Virus record (IMG/VR): IMGVR_UViG_3300046832_000414
Span: 1 to 32,590 of that record
Length of the DNA stretch: 32,590 bases
From: a virus
Lineage: Duplodnaviria; Caudoviricetes
Strand: one strand, 5' to 3'
In this document: positions 1 through 8,219 of the stretch, piece after piece
Numbering within the stretch: the stretch's first letter is position 1
Layout of the letters: each line of letters opens with the position of its first letter
Position numbers and translations under genes: made by a program
Notes under the pieces: generated by a model
The model's input: only the letters and a program-made list of their open reading frames with translations
Database searches by the model: none
What the model was told of the DNA's origin: nothing

Positions 1-1
1 A

Positions 2-1477
2 TTAAACGATTATAGAGATTTCCTTGTGAGTAATGTTTTTACTTACTCGGTATTTATCTCACCATCTGGAGACGGTCTTAAGTTAATCGTTAAGATACCA
101 AGCATAATCAAAGACCACAGAGCACACTTCTTAGCGTTGAAAGAATACTATGACTCTAAATACTTTGATGAGAGCTGTGTAAATGAAAGTAGAATATGCT
201 ACATGAGTTCTGATAAGGACATCTTCATCAACAGAGATAGTGAGACGTTTGTTGATAAGGTAAAACCTAAAGAGATTGTAAAGAAAGAATTCAAGGTAGA
301 GGTTCAAGATAATCAAAAGATTATATCTGGACTGATGAAGTGGTGGAGCGAAAGGTATGGAATGGTAGAAGGAGAGAGAAACAGAAATGTTTACATCCTA
401 TCTATGGCATTCAATGAATTTGGTATTAGTGAGTTAGAAGCCAAAGGATTTATGATGCAATTCGCTCATCATGGATTCGATGAAGAAGAGATACGAAACT
501 GCGTGGAGAGTGCGTATAGAAAATCACATTTATTCAACACTAAAATATTTAGTGAAGACGTTAAGTTTGATGACTATGCCCCTGCATCAGTTCAAGTAGA
601 TAAAAAAGTAAATATAAACTTTCAGAATATCTATGATAGCTCTTTTGTTGATGTAAGAAAGAAGATAGAATACCCACCAGTAGCTATAAGTATGGGTAAG
701 CATAGTCTAGGTACTAGAGAATTTCCTATTCCTTTTGGAACATATGGTAACTTCTCTTGTATAGTTGGTGCTTCAAAATCTAAAAAGACTTTCTTAAAGT
801 CTATGATTATGGCGTCGTATATAGGTGGTAAAGCCAATCAGTATGCTAACTCAATTAAGAGTCATAGAGACAGAGATTGTTTTGTTATAGATATTGATAC
901 TGAGCAGTCAGCTTTCCACGCTCAAAACGTCTTTAAAAGAGTTTTACGTATGACTGGAATGGAATCTTGTGATTTCTATAGACCATTTGCATTGAGACCA
1001 TACGAACCAAAGCAAAGACTAGAGTTTATAGAGTGGTTAATATACGAGAGTGATATGAAAGATAATATCGGATTGATTGGTATTGATGGATTAGCAGATT
1101 TAGTTGACGACTTTAATGATTTAAAGGAAAGCCAAAACGCTATTCAGAAGATTATGAAGTGGACAGACGATAAACAATTTCACTTAACGACTATTCTTCA
1201 CTCTAATTATGGTAGTGCTAAGGCTGTAGGTCACATTGGTAGTTCTGTGTTAAAGAAAGCGGAGACAGTTTGTTCTGTTGTTAACAACGATACTCACATC
1301 ACTGCACATTTTACACACACAAGAGGGTTTCCTATAGCAGACTTTGATTACTCTGTTAATGATGATGGATTACCATACATTATTGGAGAGTATAATGATG
1401 ACGTAACACCAATATATAAAGATAAAGTAGAGATATTTGTTCAACCATCGGATGCTTTCGATGATATACCATTTTAA
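2..1477 (+). CDS. Primase-helicase (VirE-N/BT4734-like N-terminus, PriCT-like domain, AAA_25/RecA-like ATPase); 5' partial
   Basis: Frame is open from position 2. ISPSGDGLK primase-like motif, GERNRNVY PriCT-like motif, Walker A variant GASKSKKT, IDTEQS, Walker B IGIDGLAD and GHIGS; ends in AFDDIPF. Confidence 0.75.
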   Translation, partial: LNDYRDFLVSNVFTYSVFISPSGDGLKLIVKIPSIIKDHRAHFLALKEYYDSKYFDESCVNESRICYMSSDKDIFINRDSETFVDKVKPKEIVKKEFKVEVQDNQKIISGLMKWWSERYGMVEGERNRNVYILSMAFNEFGISELEAKGFMMQFAHHGFDEEEIRNCVESAYRKSHLFNTKIFSEDVKFDDYAPASVQVDKKVNINFQNIYDSSFVDVRKKIEYPPVAISMGKHSLGTREFPIPFGTYGNFSCIVGASKSKKTFLKSMIMASYIGGKANQYANSIKSHRDRDCFVIDIDTEQSAFHAQNVFKRVLRMTGMESCDFYRPFALRPYEPKQRLEFIEWLIYESDMKDNIGLIGIDGLADLVDDFNDLKESQNAIQKIMKWTDDKQFHLTTILHSNYGSAKAVGHIGSSVLKKAETVCSVVNNDTHITAHFTHTRGFPIADFDYSVNDDGLPYIIGEYNDDVTPIYKDKVEIFVQPSDAFDDIPF

Positions 1478-1482
1478 ATGTT

Positions 1483-1629
1483 ATGATAGAAACAATTATT
1501 AATCCTCCAATAATTTATTTTACAGGTCCAACAAAACTAAATCAATCAGAAGTTGAGTATGTAAAATGGAATAAGAAGAAAAAAATATGGCAAAAATTAA
1601 AGAATACACAAAAACCAAAAAGATTATGA
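1483..1629 (+). CDS. Small hypothetical protein (48 aa, MIETIINPP...)
   Basis: Read by hand. Fills the gap after the helicase, and its TGA overlaps an in-frame ATG of the next ORF (ATGA at 1626-1629). Confidence 0.4.
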   Translation: MIETIINPPIIYFTGPTKLNQSEVEYVKWNKKKKIWQKLKNTQKPKRL

Positions 1630-1877
1630 AACCAATCAAAGAACAATACAAAGAGATAGTGTGTGGGTTTAATGATGAACGTACAGAAAATGTTGCTAAT
1701 AGATGTGAACAAATAGCAGATGAGCACGCTATTGAGTTTGCAGAGTGGTGTGATGACAACTATTTTAAAAATGGAAAAGGTAATAGTAATTGGTCAGCTT
1801 CAATGGATTGGGATGACAATGAAAAATTCACCACAAAAGAACTATTAGAAATATTTAAAAAAGAAAAAGGATTATGA
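1587..1877 (+). CDS. Hypothetical phage protein (true start 1587 or 1626)
   Basis: ORF track. C-terminal AIEFAEW...TTKELLEIFKKEKGL resembles small Bacteroidota-phage proteins; ATGA overlap with the next gene. Confidence 0.7.
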   Translation: MAKIKEYTKTKKIMKPIKEQYKEIVCGFNDERTENVANRCEQIADEHAIEFAEWCDDNYFKNGKGNSNWSASMDWDDNEKFTTKELLEIFKKEKGL

Positions 1878-2098
1878 GTAAACTAAAGATAACATTAGAA
1901 GATTGGGACTACACTTGCGGTGATGGTTGTTGTACAGACTACGGTACTAAACTATATCTAAATGATAAACTATTAGAACATCCTAACCCTGAGCAATGGA
2001 ATAACAACTATGTAGGTGGCGATGTTGAGATAGCATTACGAGCAGTATTGAAAGAACTTGGATACGAAGTTGAAGTTGAACAAAAATACATGGAGTAA
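1874..2098 (+). CDS. Hypothetical protein with CGDGCC motif
   Basis: ORF track; coupled to the upstream gene. Confidence 0.75.
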   Translation: MSKLKITLEDWDYTCGDGCCTDYGTKLYLNDKLLEHPNPEQWNNNYVGGDVEIALRAVLKELGYEVEVEQKYME

Positions 2099-2100
2099 TT

Positions 2101-2343
2101 ATGATTTGGATATTATTATATTTAGCGATTACTGTAGTTGCCATTACAGTTTGTTATTTTGACGCAAAGAGGTATCATCATACTATGAAGTTTTTTTTAG
2201 AAGAATGCTTATTAGCTACATTTCTTTTCCCAATAAGTATTTTGTTTTTAGTATCTAGATTAATGGAGTTTTTTAAAATTAATCTTCCAGAAATAAAGAT
2301 AAACACAGATTTTATAACTAAATTTTTAAATAAAAAATTATGA
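2101..2343 (+). CDS. Small membrane protein (two hydrophobic segments)
   Basis: Two hydrophobic stretches; tightly packed in the operon. Confidence 0.7.
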   Translation: MIWILLYLAITVVAITVCYFDAKRYHHTMKFFLEECLLATFLFPISILFLVSRLMEFFKINLPEIKINTDFITKFLNKKL

Positions 2344-3074
2344 TAAAAATATGGCACATAAGCGACACGCATGGCTTCCATAAGCTATTAGATATTCCTA
2401 ATGGAATAGACTTGGTTATACACTCAGGTGATTGTAGTAACTCAAGAGACCCTTACCTTAATGAGACAGAGGTTAGAAAATTTATAGATTGGTATAAAGA
2501 CATACCTATAAAAAACAAAGTGTACGTAGCTGGTAATCATGACACTAGTATAGAGAGAGGATTAGTTACTAAGACAGACTTCTCTAATGCAGGTATTACA
2601 TATTTAGAGAATGAGTACGCTACACTATGTGGTCTTAAGATATTCGGTTCGCCACACACTCCTAACTTTGGTAATTGGGCTTTCATGAAAGATAGAGTTA
2701 AGCTAGAGAGATTTTGGAGAAAAGCTATGAATGAAGATTGCGACATAGTTGTGACACACGGACCACCTAAGGGAGCTCTTGACAAATCATATGATAGAGA
2801 TGGTAAAATGGAGCACTGTGGAGATAGATCTTTATTCAATAGAATACGTGAAATTAGTCCAGGATTATCTTTGTTCGGACACATACATAACACAGAAGAT
2901 ATAATCAATGCAGGTGTATTAAAGTTTAGTGTTGGAGAAACTCTATATAGCAACGGTTCTGTAGTTACAGATGGTAAGTTTGGAAAACTAACAAGTAATG
3001 GAAACGTAATAGAAAAAAATACCAACATATGGCAAAGATTAAGAAAATATACAACCCAAGTATTCTCGAGTTAG
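2340..3074 (+). CDS. Calcineurin-like metallophosphoesterase
   Basis: Motifs SDTH, HSGD, AGNHD, THGPP and FGHIH. Confidence 0.92.
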   Translation: MIKIWHISDTHGFHKLLDIPNGIDLVIHSGDCSNSRDPYLNETEVRKFIDWYKDIPIKNKVYVAGNHDTSIERGLVTKTDFSNAGITYLENEYATLCGLKIFGSPHTPNFGNWAFMKDRVKLERFWRKAMNEDCDIVVTHGPPKGALDKSYDRDGKMEHCGDRSLFNRIREISPGLSLFGHIHNTEDIINAGVLKFSVGETLYSNGSVVTDGKFGKLTSNGNVIEKNTNIWQRLRKYTTQVFSS

Positions 3075-3310
3075 GTTATGCTAGATACGCTATTAACGAG
3101 GGTGTAGCTATATGTATACACCCTATACCAGATCGTCCAAGTATGTATTGGGTAGAAAAGCATCGTCTTGATAACTATAAAAAACCAACTTTCTTAAGAA
3201 AAGATGTTGAGAAGAAAGACATACCTGATAACAGAGAGGTGTTCTCAGAGATTGATGCTTGGAAAAAGGTATTTGAGATGTATAAATTGTATTACGATAA
3301 AAATAATTGA
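3029..3310 (+). CDS. Hypothetical protein
   Basis: ORF track, same operon. Confidence 0.65.
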   Translation: MAKIKKIYNPSILELGYARYAINEGVAICIHPIPDRPSMYWVEKHRLDNYKKPTFLRKDVEKKDIPDNREVFSEIDAWKKVFEMYKLYYDKNN

Positions 3311-3342
3311 TAGAACATAGTGTTATTTATAACTTTATTTTA

Positions 3343-3350
3343 TATTTTTG
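3343..3350 (+). promoter_or_regulatory. Bacteroidota -7 promoter element (TAnnTTTG)
   Basis: TATTTTTG in an intergenic gap 25 nt before ATG 3375. Confidence 0.5.
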
Positions 3351-3374
3351 ACGAATTAAAAATAACATAACACT

Positions 3375-3542
3375 ATGGATGCTAAAAAATTAGGTTACAT
3401 AAACTTCACTATGAAGGAGATTAACAATTCTTCTGATGATATTTATGAGTCGTACTTTGAGGGTAACGATGAGTTCAAGGACTCAATAAGTAAATTAATA
3501 ACTATTTTAAATTCAATCATTAATGACCTAGAAAATGAGTAA
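3375..3542 (+). CDS. Small hypothetical protein (55 aa, MDAKKLGYINF...)
   Basis: Read by hand; fills the gap and overlaps the start of the next gene. Confidence 0.65.
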   Translation: MDAKKLGYINFTMKEINNSSDDIYESYFEGNDEFKDSISKLITILNSIINDLENE

Positions 3543-5142
3543 GAAAAAAGAAGAGAGAAAAAGAATCGTCTCATTAGTTAAGGAAAGAGCTGCATTCATA
3601 TACAGTTCTTCAGACATATCAATAACTGAAGCCGCTAGAAAAGCTTGTAAGGAATTGAATGTAGAGTTTAACGATACAATGAGAAGAACAATGTCAAGGT
3701 ACATGAAGACAATTGGCTTGACAAACAATGCTTCAAGTGAAGACATCGAAGAAACTGATGTTTTTAAAGAGGCAAAGAATAAAGAGATAGACAAAACTAA
3801 AAAGAGATTCATCTTCTCTTGGTGTCAGTCTGAAACAGAAATCCACGAAGAATTCTTAACTAATATTGAGAAGTATGCTGAACACATAGATGCTTCAATA
3901 CATATTATTGCTGGTAGGTATAAAAATCCAACATCAATTCAATCTAATAAAAATACCAAAGCAAAAGAAAAGAATCTAACCAATTCGTGGCATCCTAGAG
4001 TAGTACCTTACTTAGATGCTAATAGACACAAGATACACGAAAATCTATGTTTGTTATCAGACGTTAAGATACAACCTACCGCATCAACTCCATTATCAGG
4101 ATTGAATGGTATGACTGGTCTTGAGAGTTGTATAGTAGGACATCCTAGAGTTCATTTAAAGTCGTTACCAATACTTGATGGTTATCCACATAAGTTATTG
4201 TTATCTACTGGTAGTGTTTCTGTAGAGAATTACACTGATACTAAGTCAGGTAAGAAAGGAGAGTTTCATCATACACTAGGATTTGTAATCGTAGAGATTG
4301 ACGGAGATAACTTTCACATCAGACAAGTACAATGTGAAGATGATGGTTCTTTTTATGATTTGAAATACTTCATATCAGATGGAGAGGTAATGCTACACAG
4401 TGGTGCAGAAGCTATTGTCTTTGGAGATTTACACTTAGGAGAAACAAATGAAGATATAATGAATACTTCTTTTGAGTTATCTAACTACTTAAAGTGTAAT
4501 GATATAGTTCTTCATGATGTATTCAATGGTCACTCAATATCACATCACGAAAGAAATCAACCATTTCAATTACTTAAGAGAGAGCAAGACAAAACAGATT
4601 CTCTGTTCGCAGAGCTTTCTGATATGTTACAATTCTTTGATACTAATAGCGAATACAACTTCGTTATGGTTAGAAGTAATCACGATGAGTTCTTAGATAG
4701 ATGGCTTAACGATGTTGATTGGAGAAAGACCAATAACAAAAACGAGTACTTAAAGCTAGCTAACTTATTAGCAGAAGATACTGATGGTAAAGGAATTATC
4801 CCTAAGTTCTTAAGTGTTACTAAGAACGATAACGTTGTTTGTCTTGGTATTGACGAAAGCTACAGAATCAAAGAGTGGGAATGTGGTATGCATGGACATA
4901 TTGGTAGTAATGGAAGTAGAGGAGGCGTTATCCAATTCAAAAACCTAAACACTAAGAATGTAACAGGACATACACATACACCTTGCCGTGAAGATGGACA
5001 CTGCTCTGTTGGTACATTGACACACTTAAGAGTAGGGTATAACAAAGGAGCAAGTTCTTGGATGAACTCAAACTTCGTTATATATCCTAATGGTAAAGGA
5101 CACCACGTTCATATAATTAACAATAAATTCACAACGCTTTAA
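3535..5142 (+). CDS. T5 A1-like protein (calcineurin-like phosphoesterase/nuclease with N-terminal HTH-like region)
   Basis: 535 aa with motifs GHPRVHL, KGEFHHTLG, FGDLHLG, HDVFNGHSISHH, SNHDEFLDRWL, GMHGHIGSNGSRG, GHTHTP and GYNKGASSW, as recalled for the A1 family. Confidence 0.8.
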   Translation: MSKKKEERKRIVSLVKERAAFIYSSSDISITEAARKACKELNVEFNDTMRRTMSRYMKTIGLTNNASSEDIEETDVFKEAKNKEIDKTKKRFIFSWCQSETEIHEEFLTNIEKYAEHIDASIHIIAGRYKNPTSIQSNKNTKAKEKNLTNSWHPRVVPYLDANRHKIHENLCLLSDVKIQPTASTPLSGLNGMTGLESCIVGHPRVHLKSLPILDGYPHKLLLSTGSVSVENYTDTKSGKKGEFHHTLGFVIVEIDGDNFHIRQVQCEDDGSFYDLKYFISDGEVMLHSGAEAIVFGDLHLGETNEDIMNTSFELSNYLKCNDIVLHDVFNGHSISHHERNQPFQLLKREQDKTDSLFAELSDMLQFFDTNSEYNFVMVRSNHDEFLDRWLNDVDWRKTNNKNEYLKLANLLAEDTDGKGIIPKFLSVTKNDNVVCLGIDESYRIKEWECGMHGHIGSNGSRGGVIQFKNLNTKNVTGHTHTPCREDGHCSVGTLTHLRVGYNKGASSWMNSNFVIYPNGKGHHVHIINNKFTTL

Positions 5143-5143
5143 T

Positions 5144-5320
5144 ATGCAAGAAGCTATAAGTCACTTAGAAGAAGAGTTAGCAGTTATAGATGCTAAACTA
5201 GGATACCTACTAAAGAGAGGTAGCAATGATGAGTCATTGGTTGATGATAAGAGAGAGTTACAAACACAAATAGCAATTTTAAAAGGAGAGAAGTATGTAC
5301 ACGTTAGACAGTATAGCTAG
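5144..5320 (+). CDS. Small coiled-coil hypothetical protein (58 aa, MQEAISHLEEEL...)
   Basis: Read by hand; starts 1 nt after the A1-like stop. Confidence 0.65.
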   Translation: MQEAISHLEEELAVIDAKLGYLLKRGSNDESLVDDKRELQTQIAILKGEKYVHVRQYS

Positions 5321-5885
5321 TATTATAGAGGAGAGATTAGGAGTTCCTTTAAAGGATCAAAACAGAGAGGCTAAGAACGTAAGAGCTAAGTCTCTTTTCT
5401 ATTACTTCTGTAAGAAGTTAATACCAAAAGTAACATATCAATCAATGGTTGATTACGTTGGAAAGAAAGACCACTCAGGTGCTGTGTACTTAGTAAAAAA
5501 CTTTGATAGTTCTCTTAAGTACGATAAAGATTTCAGAAGAGATTATAATCTAGTAGCTCCTTACATGGATGACACTAATGTTTATAACTACGATGAACTT
5601 GAGTTTATGGTATTAGAGTGGGCAAAAGACAAGGGAATCCTTGAGAAAGCAACTCCTACAGCTCAAGCACTTAAAACTTTAGAAGAGTGTAACGAACTAA
5701 TAGACGCTATTGATAAAGAAGATGGGTATGAAATCGTAGATGCTCTTGGAGATATCTTAGTAACTATTATCATTCAGGCTAAAATGCAAGGAGTTCCTTT
5801 ACTTAACTGCTTGAATTCAGCATATAATGTGATAGCTAAGAGAACTGGTAAAATGGTTGACGGACAATTTGTAAAAGACAAATAG
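5295..5885 (+). CDS. Fusion of a DnaA domain IV-like HTH and a MazG-like nucleotide pyrophosphohydrolase
   Basis: N-half R..NVRAKSLFYY...VGKKDHSGAVY resembles DnaA-C (AR.IAMY...FG.RDHTTV). C-half KTLEECNEL...EIVDALGDILVT is the MazG acidic motif. Confidence 0.78.
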   Translation: MYTLDSIASIIEERLGVPLKDQNREAKNVRAKSLFYYFCKKLIPKVTYQSMVDYVGKKDHSGAVYLVKNFDSSLKYDKDFRRDYNLVAPYMDDTNVYNYDELEFMVLEWAKDKGILEKATPTAQALKTLEECNELIDAIDKEDGYEIVDALGDILVTIIIQAKMQGVPLLNCLNSAYNVIAKRTGKMVDGQFVKDK

Positions 5886-5886
5886 A

Positions 5887-6153
5887 ATGCATATAAAACA
5901 AAGTATAGAGGTAGAGTTTACTAAGAATGGTAAAAGAAAAGAATATTACAACGTGGTGCTTGATGACGACTACACTGTAGACTTTACCCTATACACTTGT
6001 TTTGATAATAAAAAAATAAACATTTCTGTTTATAATCTTCAAGTGTTTGATAAGAACGGTAAGTATATGACGCTTACAGATAGAGAGTATATAGAATTAA
6101 TAAATGAGATAATAAATAAAACAAAGTACAAAGATGATTTTACAAAAGGATAG
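5887..6153 (+). CDS. Hypothetical protein
   Basis: ORF track. Confidence 0.65.
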   Translation: MHIKQSIEVEFTKNGKRKEYYNVVLDDDYTVDFTLYTCFDNKKINISVYNLQVFDKNGKYMTLTDREYIELINEIINKTKYKDDFTKG

Positions 6154-6511
6154 ACCAAACAAGATTGAGAACCTTGTTATAAACGCAGACTTCTCAAAGC
6201 CAGTTGTTAAGCAACTAAAAAATATAACGGCTGTAAGAGCTGAGGTTTTTAGATATAATGACCCAACTAAATTCTCTGATATTATAATAGGCATTAATAC
6301 TGATCTGTATTTAGATATGTTGCTTGATATAAAAAAGATAGACAACAAAGATGGTTTATCTATTTTCTTTGCTACATCAATTGAAGATGAGTACGAGAAA
6401 GTTGTAAAAGAATCAGAAAACAAGGAATACTTAGTCTTTAATGACGGTATGCTTACGACACTTGATGAAGAGTTTAACGAAGAAATAATTAGAGAGAGTT
6501 ATTATGAGTAA
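6134..6511 (+). CDS. Hypothetical protein
   Basis: ORF track. Confidence 0.7.
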   Translation: MILQKDRPNKIENLVINADFSKPVVKQLKNITAVRAEVFRYNDPTKFSDIIIGINTDLYLDMLLDIKKIDNKDGLSIFFATSIEDEYEKVVKESENKEYLVFNDGMLTTLDEEFNEEIIRESYYE

Positions 6512-6839
6512 TGTAAAGAACGGAATTGAATTATTAGTTACACTTCAATTGGCTTTAGAGTTAATGGATGAATACAAACTAAAAGGAAGAGCAAAGAATA
6601 CTGCTAATATGTTTAAAGATGCATTAGAGAAAGATATAATGCAAAACTATCATAGAGTATATAATGAAGATCCTGAGATGCTTACAAACTCTTTAAACTT
6701 CAAAAACCAAATGATTGTAGATATAGCTTCTCTAGGTGAGAATGATGCTATACTTTTAGCTGACTACATAAGAAAGTTTATGGAGAATATCGAAGAGGTT
6801 AGAGAAAAAAAGGTTTTAATCTTTGATAAACTAATTTAA
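6504..6839 (+). CDS. Hypothetical protein
   Basis: ORF track. Confidence 0.75.
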   Translation: MSNVKNGIELLVTLQLALELMDEYKLKGRAKNTANMFKDALEKDIMQNYHRVYNEDPEMLTNSLNFKNQMIVDIASLGENDAILLADYIRKFMENIEEVREKKVLIFDKLI

Positions 6840-6852
6840 TACAATATATTTG
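6822..6852 (+). promoter_or_regulatory. Bacteroidota primary-sigma promoter (TTTG-N19-TATATTTG)
   Basis: TTTG at 6822-6825 and TATATTTG at 6845-6852, canonical spacing, upstream of the RNA island. Confidence 0.8.
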
Positions 6853-6980
6853 CAACGATAAGCACTACGGAGTTTTAAGGTTGAAACACATCTCTGCGAA
6901 TTCAAAAAACCTAGACCTATTCGTCTAAAGTGCGTTTTAGGACGGTGCTGCCTAAATGACTACTAGGAAAGACTAGTAAT

Positions 6981-7054
6981 GGACTTGTAGCGCAGTTGGT
7001 TAGCGCAGCTCGCTCATAACGAGAAGGTCATAGGTTCGAGTCCTATCTGGTCCA
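6981..7054 (+). tRNA. tRNA with CAT anticodon (Ile2-like, or Met); no encoded CCA
   Basis: GGACTTG/CTGGTCC acceptor, GCGC D-stem, CTCATAA loop and ATAGG-TTCGAGT-CCTAT T-arm; overall similar to bacterial tRNA-Ile2. Confidence 0.88.
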
Positions 7055-7062
7055 CATAAACT

Positions 7063-7169
7063 GATTATGAAATAAGAATCCTTATAAACCTTGTAATGTA
7101 GGTCGTTGTTATGGTCGTTTCACTACCTAGTCGTAATCGGGTTTGTTCATAAAGTAGGTAAATAACAAC
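7063..7169 (+). ncRNA. Pseudoknotted RNA with HDV/theta-ribozyme-like topology (activity doubtful)
   Basis: P1 GATTATGA/TCGTAATC, P2 GTTGTTAT/ATAACAAC, P3 GGT/ACC, and GG right after P1. Confidence 0.4.
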
Positions 7170-7200
7170 ATAGGTGACAATCTGGAGAGACAGATAAAAA

Positions 7201-7311
7201 GATTGAGTGGCGGAAGGTTAGGGATGTCCCTGACGTGGTAGACGCTAATAAGATAAGTTCATTAGGAGTTAGCTACAATCTAACATACAGGTTCGAGTCC
7301 TGTCTCAATCA
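7201..7311 (+). ncRNA. tRNA-like RNA (Leu-type scaffold) with a hairpin inserted in the D-loop and a non-canonical anticodon arm
   Basis: Perfect GATTGAG/CTCAATC acceptor, GTGGCGGAA...TGGTAGACGC D-region, variable arm GTTAG/CTAAC and perfect T-arm ACAGG-TTCGAGT-CCTGT. Confidence 0.75.
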
Positions 7312-7338
7312 CTATTATTAATCTAAATTAAATTAAAA

Positions 7339-7767
7339 ATGTTTGTAAAAATCAAAGACTTACCGAAGAAGTTAAGAGAGAAAGCTTGTAAAAGAATGTT
7401 TGAACAACGAGAAAGCGTTGACTACGACTATACTTTAGCTGCTGCTTTTGATTGGGGTAAAACAAAAGAAGGAAGTGAATTCTGGGGTAACGTATGTGAA
7501 ACTTATGGTGGAGAGATAACAATTGAGAAGCTACTTGGCGCAATGGTTGTTGAAAACATAGAGGTTGTAGGAGCTCAAGAAGTAAAGCCAGACTCTATAG
7601 TTGAATCTATTGTTGATCAATTCAGAGATAGATCTTTAGTTGGTATTAAAAAATACGGTACTACACTAGACAGAAATGACTTAAGTAAGCTTGACTGGAT
7701 TGAGCACGCAAAGCAAGAGGCTATGGATTTAATTCTGTATCTTGAGAAACTAAAAACCACATTGTAA
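7339..7767 (+). CDS. Hypothetical N-domain plus all-alpha NTP-pyrophosphatase-like C-domain
   Basis: C-terminal GIKKYGTTLDRNDL...WIEHAKQEAMDLILY is a common phage motif of the MazG/dUTPase-like type; N-terminal FDWGKTKEGSEFW motif. Confidence 0.55.
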   Translation: MFVKIKDLPKKLREKACKRMFEQRESVDYDYTLAAAFDWGKTKEGSEFWGNVCETYGGEITIEKLLGAMVVENIEVVGAQEVKPDSIVESIVDQFRDRSLVGIKKYGTTLDRNDLSKLDWIEHAKQEAMDLILYLEKLKTTL

Positions 7768-8219
7768 TGAGAAAGAAAGGAACCCCATTAATCAGAGCTC
7801 AAAAGACTGAGTATAAAGGAAAGAAATTTCAAAGTAGACTAGAAGTATATATGTATAAACTTCTTGATGATAATGGGGTTAAATGCAAGTATGAGGAGGA
7901 GAAGTTCACAATCATCGACCCTTTCTTGTTTCCTAACGCCTCTTATGAGAAAACCATTAGTAGTAAAGATAAACTAACTAATAAAGGAGGTAAAAAACAT
8001 CTTGGTATTATCTACACTCCAGACTTTATTGTAGAGAATGGAGACCAAAGGATAATCATAGAATGTAAGGGACTTGCTACAGATGTATTCTCTATGAGGT
8101 TTAAGCTATTTAAAAAGTGGATAGCCGATAACAAACTAAACTACGTATTATTCACACCAAGAAATCAAGGTCAATGTAACTTTGTTTTTGAAGAGGTTAA
8201 AAAACTTTTAAATGATTAA
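7767..8219 (+). CDS. PD-(D/E)xK endonuclease (T7 endonuclease I/DUF1064-like, probable resolvase)
   Basis: FQSRLE...YEEE...YTPDF...IIECKG. Confidence 0.85.
   Translation: MRKKGTPLIRAQKTEYKGKKFQSRLEVYMYKLLDDNGVKCKYEEEKFTIIDPFLFPNASYEKTISSKDKLTNKGGKKHLGIIYTPDFIVENGDQRIIIECKGLATDVFSMRFKLFKKWIADNKLNYVLFTPRNQGQCNFVFEEVKKLLND

Noticed and set aside
766-790. Walker A GASKSKKT as a sign of an inactive ATPase
   Set aside because: The catalytic KT is intact and the other ATPase motifs are present; as I recall, this variant is usual in the Bacteroidota family.
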